NCBI GenBank assembly: GCA_965207885.1
Contig: OZ242311.1
Location: forward strand, 2,368,001-2,432,000
Origin: Candidatus Latescibacterota bacterium
GTDB lineage: Bacteria; Latescibacterota; UBA2968
Length of the DNA stretch: 64,000 bases
Direction of reading: 5' to 3'
The number at the start of each line of letters is the position of its first letter. The stretch's first letter is position 1. Below, one piece after another: positions 54,908 through 64,000 of this stretch. A program made the translations under genes and the position numbers. Below the pieces are notes generated by a model, which saw only the letters and a list, made by a program, of their open reading frames with translations, was not told the DNA's origin and made no database searches.

Positions 54908-57283
54908 ATGCGTAATATCGTCTATATATCAATTCTAACCGCTTTGTCACTCGTTTGCCCACTAACGGCCCAGGCAGAGACCAGCTTGAGCGGTACGGTA
55001 ACTGATTCGGACACTGGCGAGCCGTTGGCTGGGGCCGCTATTCGCCTCGTGGGCACCTTGCAGTGGAGATCCACGGACATGAAAGGTCAGTTCGTGTTTT
55101 CAGTTGTGCCTCCGGGTACTTACAAGGTGGAAATCAGCCTGATCGGTTATGTACCCCTCACCGAAACCGTGCAGATGGTCTCTGGCGAGCAAGCTCGCTT
55201 GACCGTTGCTCTGACCCTCAACCCCGTGTATATGAACGAAGTGCTAGTCATGGGCGATCGGCCCTTTTCGGCGGCCTCCTCGCGGGCGGTGCGGCAATTC
55301 GATCTGCGCATCCGGCCCAACCGCACGGCCCATCAGATGCTGCAACTGGCACCTGGCCTTGTCATCGCCCAACACGGCGGCGGCGGAAAAGCCGAGCAGA
55401 TCTTTTTGCGCGGCTTTGATGCGGACCATGGCACCGATGTGGCGATCTCGGTAGATGGGGTCCCCGTGAATATGGTCTCCCACGGACATGGACAAGGCTA
55501 TGCCGACATGCATTTCCTCATTCCCGAAGTCGTTGAGGGGCTGGACGTCAGGAAAGGGCCGTACTTCGCCGCATTTGGCAATTTGGCTACCGCCGGAGCC
55601 GTTGCCTACCACACTCGCAATTATCTTGATGACAATGCCATTCATCTCGAAATCGGCGGGTTTAATACGATCCAATACACCATGCTCTACCAGGTTCCGC
55701 TGGCCGATATCGATCAAAGCATCTATTTCGCCGGCAAGTACTATCGCACCGATGGCCCGGTTGACCAGCCACAGGGTCTGCAGCGACTCAATATTTTCGG
55801 CAAGTACCACAACCAAATCTCTGACCGCTCTACCCTCACTGTGACCGGCAGCGGGTTCAGCTCGGCTTGGGACGCCTCTGGACAGATTCCCCAGCGGGCC
55901 GTAGCGCAGGGCCTCATTGACCGCTGGGGGGTGATTGATGATATGGAGGGCGGCACCACCGGACGCCAAGATTTCCATATCAATTTCCACGCCGAAGGGC
56001 CGGGCATCAGTTCCTTTGATCTACTGGCGTATTTGGTCAACTACCAGTTCAAACTGTTTTCCAATTTTACGTTCTTCCTCGACGATCCCGAGCGCGGCGA
56101 CGGCATCGAACAAACCGATAACCGCCAAGTCGCTGGCATCAACAGCCGCTATACTTTCTATCACAACTTGGGCCCGTACTCGATCCATACGACACTGGGG
56201 GGCGGCCTGCGTGCCGATAATGCGGCCGTGGCGTTGTGGAAAAGCCCCGACCGCCAACGCCTAAACCCTCTGGTTGAGGCCGATGTAATAGAGCGCAACC
56301 TGTTCCTGTGGGGGCAACAGGAGATTGTCCTCACGCCGCGCCTGCAATTGGTGCTGGGGTTGCGCGGCGATTATTTTACCTTCAATGTTGACGACCACCT
56401 CGAAGGGCGTCCCACCGATCTGCCCCATGCCTCGGGCTTTGCCCACGCCGCCATTCTCAGTCCGAAAGCGGCCCTGGTGTATAGTCCCAGTCGCACCTTA
56501 GATCTTTTTGCCAATTTTGGCACCGGATTTCACTCTAACGACGCCCGCAACAACGTTATCGATGCCCGGGCTTCACAGATTCTTCGGACCATGCGGCGCA
56601 ATGGACAAAGCGAGGCTGACATTGCTGCGGAGTTGGCAGGGCGATACATTGATCCGGGACATCTCGAAGAAGGCACCCTGCCCCGGTCTGTGGGGGCCGA
56701 AACAGGTCTTCAGGCTCGGTTGTTCAACCGATTGAATTTGGGAGCGGCACTGTGGTGGATGGACTTGGAAAGCGAATTTGTTTTTGTCGGCGATGCTGGC
56801 ACCACGGAAGCCAGTGGGAAAACCCGGCGGGCGGGACTGGATATGGAAGCCCGTCTCCAAATACACCCCTCGCTGTGGGCGGATATCGATCTCAATCTCG
56901 CTCAAGGTGAGGCTGTAAATGAACCAGAAGGTGCCAACGAGATTCCGCTGGCTCCCAACCTGACCTCTACTGGCGGCTTGACATGGCGTCATCCCACGGG
57001 CCTGGAAGGCAGCTTGCGCTACCGCCATATTGGCAACCGACCTGCCAACGAGGATGGTAGCATCACGGCCACTGGCTATACCGTGGTTGATTTCAATGGC
57101 GTCTATCGCCGAGGGGTCTGGAGGCTCAATTTGGGCGTCGAGAACGTGTTGAATACGACTTGGAGCGAAGCGCAATTCGACACGGAATCGCGCCTACAGG
57201 ATGAAGTAGAACCTGTCTCGGAGATCCACTTCACTCCGGGAAATCCCATCAATATGCGGCTGGGAGTGAGTTTTATGTTTTAG
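54908..57283 (+). CDS. TonB-dependent receptor (His-rich plug; possibly metal uptake)
   Basis: QHGGGGKAEQIFLRGFDADHGTD, HGHGQGYAD, C-terminal HFTPG...SFMF. Confidence 0.88.
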   Translation: MRNIVYISILTALSLVCPLTAQAETSLSGTVTDSDTGEPLAGAAIRLVGTLQWRSTDMKGQFVFSVVPPGTYKVEISLIGYVPLTETVQMVSGEQARLTVALTLNPVYMNEVLVMGDRPFSAASSRAVRQFDLRIRPNRTAHQMLQLAPGLVIAQHGGGGKAEQIFLRGFDADHGTDVAISVDGVPVNMVSHGHGQGYADMHFLIPEVVEGLDVRKGPYFAAFGNLATAGAVAYHTRNYLDDNAIHLEIGGFNTIQYTMLYQVPLADIDQSIYFAGKYYRTDGPVDQPQGLQRLNIFGKYHNQISDRSTLTVTGSGFSSAWDASGQIPQRAVAQGLIDRWGVIDDMEGGTTGRQDFHINFHAEGPGISSFDLLAYLVNYQFKLFSNFTFFLDDPERGDGIEQTDNRQVAGINSRYTFYHNLGPYSIHTTLGGGLRADNAAVALWKSPDRQRLNPLVEADVIERNLFLWGQQEIVLTPRLQLVLGLRGDYFTFNVDDHLEGRPTDLPHASGFAHAAILSPKAALVYSPSRTLDLFANFGTGFHSNDARNNVIDARASQILRTMRRNGQSEADIAAELAGRYIDPGHLEEGTLPRSVGAETGLQARLFNRLNLGAALWWMDLESEFVFVGDAGTTEASGKTRRAGLDMEARLQIHPSLWADIDLNLAQGEAVNEPEGANEIPLAPNLTSTGGLTWRHPTGLEGSLRYRHIGNRPANEDGSITATGYTVVDFNGVYRRGVWRLNLGVENVLNTTWSEAQFDTESRLQDEVEPVSEIHFTPGNPINMRLGVSFMF

Positions 57284-57329
57284 CAATATCTTTGAAAACA
57301 GCAGCGTCGTTTGACGACATACATACACG

Positions 57330-57360
57330 AGTGCCCGCCTCCTCAATGGAAGCGGGCACT
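57330..57360. terminator. hairpin between convergent genes
   Basis: AGTGCCCGC...GCGGGCACT. Confidence 0.6.
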
Positions 57361-57380
57361 GTTGTGTACAAAATTGGCGA

Positions 57381-60026
57381 TTACTCTTCCAGTGCAGCGT
57401 GGGCGGCTGCGAGGCGGGCGATGGGTACGCGGAAGGGTGAGCAGGAGACGTAGTCCATGCCGATGTTGTGGCAGAAGTGTACGGAGGATGGATCGCCGCC
57501 GTGTTCGCCGCAGATACCCACTTTGAGATCGCCGCGGGCGTCGCGTCCGTTTTTGGTGCCGAGTTCGACGAGTTGCCCCACGCCGGTCTGGTCGAGGGTC
57601 TGGAAGGGATCGTTTTCGAGGATGCCCTTTTCGACGTATTCGCCCAGGAATTTGCCGGCGTCATCGCGCGAGTAACCATAGGTCATTTGCGTGAGGTCAT
57701 TGGTGCCAAACGAGAAAAATTCTGCGTGTTCGGCAATTTCGGCAGCGGTGAGGGCAGCGCGGGGAATTTCGATCATGGTGCCGATGAGATACGCGACGCG
57801 CTTGCCGGTTTCACTTTCCACTGCGCGAGCCACGCGGTCTGTCATGATTTTGAGTTCGGTAAATTCTTTGACTGCGCCGACGAGTGGGATCATGATTTCG
57901 GGAACGGCTTTGGATCCCACATTGGCGGCGGCTTCGAGGATGGCACGCACCTGCATTTCGTAAATTTCTGGATAGGTGATGCCCAGCCGGCAGCCGCGGT
58001 GCCCGAGCATGGGATTAAATTCGTTGAGGGATTCGACCTTGTCCTGAATCACGCGCAATGAGGTATCGAGCCGCCTTGCCATTTCCTCTTGCTGGTCGCT
58101 CTCGTGTGGGAGAAACTCGTGCAGGGGGGGATCGAGCAGGCGAACGGTTACGGGCAGCCCTGCCATGGCAATGAAAATGCCTTCAAAGTCGCCGCGCTGG
58201 ATGGGCAATAGTTTTTCGAGGGCACGACGGCGGCCCTGTTCGTCATCGGCGAGAATCATTTCGCGTACGATATTGATGCGGTCGCCTTCGAAGAACATGT
58301 GTTCCGTTCGGCACAGGCCAATGCCTTCGGCACCAAACTCGCGTGCAACAGCCGAATCGTGTGGTGTGTCCGCATTGGTGCGCACATTGAGTGTGCGAAT
58401 CTCGTCGGCCCAGCCCATTAAGGTGGCAAAATCACCCGAAAGTTCGGGTTCCTGTGTGGGGACCTGGCCGAGCATGACTTCGCCCGTAGATCCGTCAATG
58501 GAGACCCAGTCGCCGCCTTTGACAACGGTATCGCCAACGGAGAATTGATTCGCTGTGTAGTCGATGACGAGATCGCCACAACCAGCTACACAGCATTTGC
58601 CCATACCGCGGGCAACCACAGCGGCGTGTGAGGTCATGCCCCCGCGTGCGGTGAGAATGCCCTGTGCGGCGTTCATGCCGCCGATATCTTCGGGCGAGGT
58701 TTCAAGACGCACCAGCAGAACTTGTTCGCCCTGTTCGGCGGCTTCTTCGGCTTCTTCAGCGAGAAAGACGACCTTTCCCGATGCAGCACCCGGTGAAGCG
58801 GGCAATCCCGTAGCCAATACACTGCGTTCAACTGAGGGATCGAAAGTGGGGTGCAGGAGTTGGTCGAGTTGTTCGGGTTCCACGCGCTGTACGGCTTCGC
58901 TCCGGGTGATCAGTCCTTCGTTGACCATGTCAACGGCAATTTTGACGGCGGCAGCCGCAGTGCGTTTGCCACCTCGGGTTTGCAGCATCCAGAGTTTGCT
59001 CTGTTGCACGGTAAATTCGATGTCCTGCATGTCTCGATAGTGCTTTTCAAGTGTTTGATAGATGCCTTCGAGTGTTTGATATGCTTCGGGCTGTCTGCTC
59101 TTCAGGCGTTCTACAGGCTCGGGCGTGCGCACGCCTGCAACCACGTCTTCGCCCTGCGCGTTGGTGAGAAATTCGCCGTAAAAGATGTTTTCACCCGTGG
59201 AGGGGTCGCGCGTAAATGCAACGCCTGTGGCGCAGTCATCGCCCATGTTGCCATAGACCATGGACTGTACGTTGACGGCTGTTCCCCAGTCTCCAGGGAT
59301 ATTTTCCAGACGCCGATAGGTGATGGCGCGATCCGCCTGCCATGAGCCAAATACTGCACCAATACCGCCCCAGAGTTGCTCGATGGGGTCGGTGGGGAAA
59401 TTTTGTCCCGTGCGTGTTTGGACGATGTCTTTGAACATATCGACGAGAGTTTTGAGATCCTCTACGGTCATGTCGAGGTCGTCTTCGATACCGCGCTTTT
59501 CTTTGACTTCCTCAATAGCGGCTTCAAAGGGGTCTATTTCGAGGCCCTCAGGAGTCACGCCCATTACCACATCGCCATAGGTTTGGATGAAGCGGCGATA
59601 AGAGTCCCATCCAAAACGCGGGTTGTTGCTCCTGGCTATGAGACCTTCTGTGATTTCATCGTTGAGACCGAGGTTGAGCACGGTTTCCATCATGCCGGGC
59701 ATGGAGACGCGCGCACCCGAGCGCACGGAGAGAAGCAATGGGTTTGTCGCATCTCCGAATTTGCTGCCCATCACATTTTCGAGTTTGGCAACGTTGTCCA
59801 GGACCTGTTTTTCAAGGGCGTCGGGATATTGTTTGTCGTTATCGTAATAATACGTGCAAACTTCGGTGGTAATGGTAAATCCAGCGGGCACGGGAATGCC
59901 AAGGCCCGACATTTCTGCGAGGTTCGCACCTTTACCACCGAGTAAGTTGCGCATTTCTGCAGAGCCTTCGGCTTTGCCATCGCCAAAGAAATAGACGTAT
60001 TTTTCTTCTTGTTGTGCTGTTGCCAT
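57381..60026 (-). CDS. ppdK: pyruvate, phosphate dikinase
   Basis: LLGGKGANL, GGMTSHAAVVAR, GIGLCRTEHMF, SFGTNDLTQ, CGEHGG. Confidence 0.97.
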   Translation of the reverse strand: MATAQQEEKYVYFFGDGKAEGSAEMRNLLGGKGANLAEMSGLGIPVPAGFTITTEVCTYYYDNDKQYPDALEKQVLDNVAKLENVMGSKFGDATNPLLLSVRSGARVSMPGMMETVLNLGLNDEITEGLIARSNNPRFGWDSYRRFIQTYGDVVMGVTPEGLEIDPFEAAIEEVKEKRGIEDDLDMTVEDLKTLVDMFKDIVQTRTGQNFPTDPIEQLWGGIGAVFGSWQADRAITYRRLENIPGDWGTAVNVQSMVYGNMGDDCATGVAFTRDPSTGENIFYGEFLTNAQGEDVVAGVRTPEPVERLKSRQPEAYQTLEGIYQTLEKHYRDMQDIEFTVQQSKLWMLQTRGGKRTAAAAVKIAVDMVNEGLITRSEAVQRVEPEQLDQLLHPTFDPSVERSVLATGLPASPGAASGKVVFLAEEAEEAAEQGEQVLLVRLETSPEDIGGMNAAQGILTARGGMTSHAAVVARGMGKCCVAGCGDLVIDYTANQFSVGDTVVKGGDWVSIDGSTGEVMLGQVPTQEPELSGDFATLMGWADEIRTLNVRTNADTPHDSAVAREFGAEGIGLCRTEHMFFEGDRINIVREMILADDEQGRRRALEKLLPIQRGDFEGIFIAMAGLPVTVRLLDPPLHEFLPHESDQQEEMARRLDTSLRVIQDKVESLNEFNPMLGHRGCRLGITYPEIYEMQVRAILEAAANVGSKAVPEIMIPLVGAVKEFTELKIMTDRVARAVESETGKRVAYLIGTMIEIPRAALTAAEIAEHAEFFSFGTNDLTQMTYGYSRDDAGKFLGEYVEKGILENDPFQTLDQTGVGQLVELGTKNGRDARGDLKVGICGEHGGDPSSVHFCHNIGMDYVSCSPFRVPIARLAAAHAALEE

Positions 60027-60162
60027 TGCGTCCTCCAAAGGGGTTCAAATCAGGGCACGACAGTGTGCCCCCGGGATATTTGGGCAGGAAAAAATATAAC
60101 AGGGCAAAAAAACGAGCAAGGATTTTGTTGGAATTGAGAAGGATAAGGCGGAGATGGGCTGA

Positions 60163-61401
60163 CTACTCATTACTGGAAGTATCAGGCTGTGAGGTATTGA
60201 TGGTATCGGGCTGTGGAGTATCGATAGTGTCAGACTGTAGGGTATTAATGGTGTCGGGTTGTGGCGTATTGATAGTGTCGGGTTGGAGCGCTTGGAATGA
60301 TTCAATCGATGATTTTACTTGATTGAACTGAGTATTGCTTTCCCAGCCGAGGATGGTTTGCAAAATGCTGCGCCGCCCCACATAGATACGCAAATCAGCG
60401 GTAGATCCAAAACTCAGAGCGATAGGGGTTTGCTTGACTGCGACTTCCAGACCAAAGGTGCGAACATTGCCTTCGATGACGGCATACCCATGAACTTCTG
60501 ATACTTCACCCTGACCGATAAAACCCTCGCGGTCGGTAAAGAGGTTGCTCAATATTTCAACGGGTTGGCCGGGGCGCACCTTCCACGCACTGGTTTCGGC
60601 CATCCAGGCACCGATGACTGTACCTTCGCCTTCTCCTGCGATGATCATGACAACGGCTCCCTGACTGGCCTGCATGCCGGGATAGAGATCCTGGCGGGCC
60701 ACCACGCCATTGACTGGCGCGCGCAGGGTTGCGCGTTCGAGGGCTTCGTGCGCGGCTTCGAGATTGTGTTTTGCCTTGTCCAGAGATGCTTGGGTTTGGC
60801 GCATTGCCGCTTCGGCCTGTTGAATTTCGGCGGGTAGGGGACCGCGTCTCACCAGGTTGAGATTTTCGAGTTCAACTTTTAAGCTGGCTTCAGCCAGGTC
60901 GTAATTGGTTTTGGCGCGTTCGTAGTCTTCCTGACTGAAGAGCCGCTGGCCTTCATAGAGAGCTTGTGCGCGTTTGAGGTCCTGTTGCCGGGCTGTGAGG
61001 TTAATGCGCGCTTGCTCAACACGCGATTCGGCTATTTTGATTTCTTCGGGGGTTGGCTGTGCGCGCAGCAGGGCAAGCCGCGCCTGTGCGGCTTCGAGGT
61101 TGGCCATTTCCCGTTTGATTTCCTGTTCTGCGGTTGCCGCTGCCGCTCTTAAATTGCCGTCGTAGAGTCGGGCGACGGGTTGACCGGCTATGACGGAGTC
61201 GCCGGGTTCTGCGAGGATTTCGTGGATGTCCTGGCTCATGGGCGAGTTGATAAATATTTTATCTCCTGGTTCTACAATGCCTTGAGCCATCACAACATCG
61301 TCAATCTGGATCAGTGCAAGGGCGAGTGCAATGGCACCAATCACACCGAAGACCCAGAGTAGCCATTTGACAATTCTGCCTTTTCGGCGACGGCGCATCA
61401 T
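60163..61401 (-). CDS. HlyD-family membrane fusion protein with C-terminal repeat tail
   Basis: Basic N-terminus plus TM, biotinyl-lipoyl halves (PGDSV..GQPV; LRAPVNGVV), coiled coil. Confidence 0.82.
   Translation of the reverse strand: MMRRRRKGRIVKWLLWVFGVIGAIALALALIQIDDVVMAQGIVEPGDKIFINSPMSQDIHEILAEPGDSVIAGQPVARLYDGNLRAAAATAEQEIKREMANLEAAQARLALLRAQPTPEEIKIAESRVEQARINLTARQQDLKRAQALYEGQRLFSQEDYERAKTNYDLAEASLKVELENLNLVRRGPLPAEIQQAEAAMRQTQASLDKAKHNLEAAHEALERATLRAPVNGVVARQDLYPGMQASQGAVVMIIAGEGEGTVIGAWMAETSAWKVRPGQPVEILSNLFTDREGFIGQGEVSEVHGYAVIEGNVRTFGLEVAVKQTPIALSFGSTADLRIYVGRRSILQTILGWESNTQFNQVKSSIESFQALQPDTINTPQPDTINTLQSDTIDTPQPDTINTSQPDTSSNE
60179..60285. repeat. 24-bp tandem repeat (about 4.5 copies) encoding Q(P/S)DTI(N/D)Tx
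   Basis: Units start at 60179, 60203, 60227, 60251 and 60275. Confidence 0.85.
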
Positions 61402-61478
61402 GGGATTATTTTTTTCCTTTTGCTTGACAGATTTTGGCAGAATGGTATATTTTACAATTCTATACCAAAATCCTGGAT

Positions 61479-61551
61479 GGGCGCGTAGCTCAGGCGGTAG
61501 AGCAACGGCCTTTTAAGCCGTGGGTCGCAGGTTCGAATCCTGCCGCGCTCA
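61479..61551 (+). tRNA. tRNA-Lys (UUU), CCA not encoded
   Basis: GGGCGCG/CGCGCTC acceptor stem, ACGGC-CTTTTAA-GCCGT anticodon arm, GTTCGAATC T loop. Confidence 0.95.
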
Positions 61552-61564
61552 CTATTACAAAACG

Positions 61565-61598
61565 GCCCTGAATCACAATGATTTCAGGGCTTTTTTTG
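61565..61598 (+). terminator. terminator after the tRNA
   Basis: GCCCTGAA...TTCAGGGC followed by a T run. Confidence 0.8.
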
Positions 61599-61706
61599 CG
61601 CCCCTTGCGAGTAAATATAGTAAATAAATCTATTATATTGTTTTTAAAAGGTCAAGAAAGTTATAAATAAAAATTATGATTTGGGACCGCTATATTGCGA
61701 GGTAAC

Positions 61707-61735
61707 TTGACATCACAACGGGTATTAAATATATT
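61707..61735 (+). promoter_or_regulatory. sigma70-like promoter of cysH
   Basis: TTGACA-N17-TATATT. Confidence 0.55.
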
Positions 61736-61762
61736 GTGAATCAACGAACTCAAGAATAGGAG

Positions 61763-62509
61763 ATGTTTGTGCTTACTCGCGAAAAATTGAATGCGCAGTC
61801 CCGGGCATTTGAAACAGCACCTCTGGAAGATATTTTGATCTGGGCATGGGAGACGTTGGGTTCCCGCGTGGCGTTTGGTACTGCTTTTGGTGCCAGCGGC
61901 ATGGTTTTGCTCGATGTGATGCAAAAGGTCGCGCCACAAATTCCCGTATTTACAATTGACACGGGTTTTCTGTTTCCCGAAACTCTGAGTTTGATCGACC
62001 GCGTGGAAGCGCGCTATGGGATTGAGATTGAGCGGGTGCATTCTCGTTTGAGTGTTGAAGAGCAAGCGCGTGATTACGGTGATGAACTCTACAAGCGGGA
62101 TGCCGACCGGTGTTGCTGGTTGCGAAAAGTCGAGCCTTTGCAGCGCAAGTTGGCCCAGTTGAATGGCTGGATTAACAGCCGCCGGCGAGATCAGGGCGAT
62201 ACCCGCAGCCAAATTTCCATTCTGGAATATTATGAGACAGATGGTCGCGCGTTGCTCAAATTGAATCCCATGGCACCGTGGACGCGCAAACAGGTCTGGG
62301 ATTATATTGTCGAACACGATGTGCCCTATAATCCTTTGATGGATCAGGGCTTTGCCACGATAGGGTGCTGGCCCTGCACTAAAGCTGTGGATGCAGATGC
62401 AGACGAACGCGCGGGTCGCTGGGCGGATTCGGACAAGACAGAGTGCGGTATTCACACCTTTTTACAGCCTATTGATGCGGCGGTTAATGCCGTGCCTGTT
62501 GAATCTTGA
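61763..62509 (+). CDS. cysH: APS/PAPS reductase (Fe-S type)
   Basis: IDTGFLFPET, CCWLRKVEPL, GCWPCT, ECGIH. Confidence 0.92.
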   Translation: MFVLTREKLNAQSRAFETAPLEDILIWAWETLGSRVAFGTAFGASGMVLLDVMQKVAPQIPVFTIDTGFLFPETLSLIDRVEARYGIEIERVHSRLSVEEQARDYGDELYKRDADRCCWLRKVEPLQRKLAQLNGWINSRRRDQGDTRSQISILEYYETDGRALLKLNPMAPWTRKQVWDYIVEHDVPYNPLMDQGFATIGCWPCTKAVDADADERAGRWADSDKTECGIHTFLQPIDAAVNAVPVES

Positions 62510-62619
62510 CATAATGTCGAAAATAGTATTATTTGGATGTAATCGCGGCCCTCTCGTGGGGTCGTTTTTGGTTTATGAAAAAGCGTGGCTAATTTCATAA
62601 TAACGGCTAAAGGCCATTT

Positions 62620-63564
62620 ATGCGTAGCAAAAAGCTATCAAAGCGTTCTGGCATCCGACACTCGGTTCTCGATGCGATAGGCAATACGCCGCTGTTGCGT
62701 ATCCGGGAATTGGGTGACAAGATTGAGCCAGGGGTTGAAATCTGGGCGAAGTTGGAGATGTTTAACCCGGGCGGGTCGGTCAAAGATCGCCCCGCGTTGC
62801 AGATGATTGAAGATGCCGAAAAAGCAGGGGTGCTCACGCCGGAGAAAGTGATTCTGGATTCGACTTCGGGCAATACGGGTATTGCGTATGCCATGATCGG
62901 CGCGGCAAAGGGATACCGCGTCGAGTTGGTCATGCCCGAGAGTGTGAGTATTGAGCGGCGATACGTCATTCAGTCTTATGGATCTGATCTGGTGTTGAGC
63001 GACCCTCTCGAAGGCTCAGATGGTGCGATTTTAAAATGTCGGGAAATTTTGGCTTCAAATCCCGATTTGTATTACAAGCCCGATCAATACAATAATCCAT
63101 CCAATTCCAGGGCGCATTATTTGCACACGGCACCGGAAATCTGGTCGCAGACACGGGGCAGGGTGACGCATTTTGTGGCGACGTTGGGCACGAGTGGTAC
63201 TGTAATGGGTACTGGCAGAGGGCTGAAGGCATTTAATCCCGATGTGCAGATTATTGCCGTTGAGCCACCCGAATTTCACGGGATTGAGGGCCTGAAAAAT
63301 ATGGATGTGTCCATTGTGCCCGGCATTTACGATCCGTCGGTGTGGGACCAGAAGATACGGATTGAAACAGAAGATGCGTATGATATTGCGCGGTGGTTGA
63401 CGCGAGATATGGGTTTGCTGGTGGGGCAGTCTTGTGGTGCGGCGATGGCCGCTGCTCTAAAAGTTGCCGAGACTCTGGATGAAGGGGTCATCGTCACATT
63501 GTTTCCCGATAGTGGTGAAAAGTACATGAGTACGCCCCTGTGGCGGCTCGATCCCGCGGGGTAG
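62620..63564 (+). CDS. cysM: PLP-dependent cysteine synthase, CysM-type
   Basis: IGNTPL, NPGGSVKDR, TSGNTG, GTSGT, PDSGEKY. Confidence 0.85.
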   Translation: MRSKKLSKRSGIRHSVLDAIGNTPLLRIRELGDKIEPGVEIWAKLEMFNPGGSVKDRPALQMIEDAEKAGVLTPEKVILDSTSGNTGIAYAMIGAAKGYRVELVMPESVSIERRYVIQSYGSDLVLSDPLEGSDGAILKCREILASNPDLYYKPDQYNNPSNSRAHYLHTAPEIWSQTRGRVTHFVATLGTSGTVMGTGRGLKAFNPDVQIIAVEPPEFHGIEGLKNMDVSIVPGIYDPSVWDQKIRIETEDAYDIARWLTRDMGLLVGQSCGAAMAAALKVAETLDEGVIVTLFPDSGEKYMSTPLWRLDPAG

Positions 63565-63566
63565 AG

Positions 63567-64000
63567 ATGTTTGACAAAGCGATTTGGGACGCCATGTTTG
63601 TCCACGCACAGCGGGAATACCCGGCTGAGTGTTGTGGTATTGTGACCGAAGATACTTCGGGTGTGCAGACGATTCATCCGTGTGAGAATATCCAGGATAA
63701 ATTGCACGCTGCCGATCCCGAAACCCATCCGCGCACTTCCAGGACGGCCTATCGCATGAACGATATGCATGTGATGAAAATTCAATCGGAGGCGGAACAA
63801 GTGGGCGGGCGGATTGTCGCGATCTATCATTCTCATATCGATGTGGATGCTTATTTTTCTCAAGAGGATCAAGATGCGGCGACATTTTTTGGTGAACCAA
63901 CCTATCCGGGCGTGGTTTATCCCATTATTCCAGTAAAAAATGCCCGGGTAGATGTCGGCGGAGAAAAAGTTTTTCAATGGCGTGATTCGTCGTCAAAATT
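63567..64000 (+). CDS. JAMM/MPN+ (Mec-like, M67) metallopeptidase, runs off the window end
   Basis: Own translation: MFDKAIWDAMFVHAQREYPAECCG...AIYHSHIDVDAYFSQED (E...HxH...S..D); absent from the ORF track because it lacks a stop. Confidence 0.88.
   Translation, partial: MFDKAIWDAMFVHAQREYPAECCGIVTEDTSGVQTIHPCENIQDKLHAADPETHPRTSRTAYRMNDMHVMKIQSEAEQVGGRIVAIYHSHIDVDAYFSQEDQDAATFFGEPTYPGVVYPIIPVKNARVDVGGEKVFQWRDSSSK

Noticed and set aside
61479-61551. tRNA-Lys as an integration site for the island
   Set aside because: No integrase, no duplicated tRNA 3' end noticed, and core genes lie between the tRNA and the island.

Overview
Bacterial chromosome segment, probably from an FCB-superphylum lineage (Latescibacterota/Gemmatimonadota-like; inferred from PorV-type, GWxTD, DUF6785-type and ASPIC/UnbV genes). 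(1) 1-2681: right part of an IS1-family element carrying cargo: a small basic protein, a secreted hypothetical protein, a 61-aa Cys-rich protein and three candidate promoter-driven non-coding RNAs. It is inserted into, and truncates, an S9 peptidase gene. (2) 4.3-12.1 kb: a type II TA pair with a frameshifted toxin, natAB with a REP pair between them, DUF418, oxidoreductases and a cupin. (3) 12.2-49.0 kb: a ~37 kb, almost entirely minus-strand catabolic locus resembling a polysaccharide-utilisation locus without SusD. It holds a FadR/GntR regulator with its operator, a candidate cis-antisense sRNA, three GH109-like Gfo/Idh/MocA paralogs, an OM beta-barrel + TonB-dependent receptor + CTD-bearing surface protein + PorV-family module, a DUF6785-type transporter, a sugar ABC transporter, TPR/ASPIC-UnbV proteins, enolase, RraA, PhyH, SDR, M20, CocE, DUF3604, GWxTD and a sialidase-like protein. 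(4) 49-64 kb: core-like genes (family 5 SBP, redoxin-cytochrome c-Cu monooxygenase fusion, parAB, TonB receptor, ppdK, HlyD with a repeat tail, tRNA-Lys(UUU), cysH-cysM-mec). All family calls are by motif recognition only; no database searches were run.
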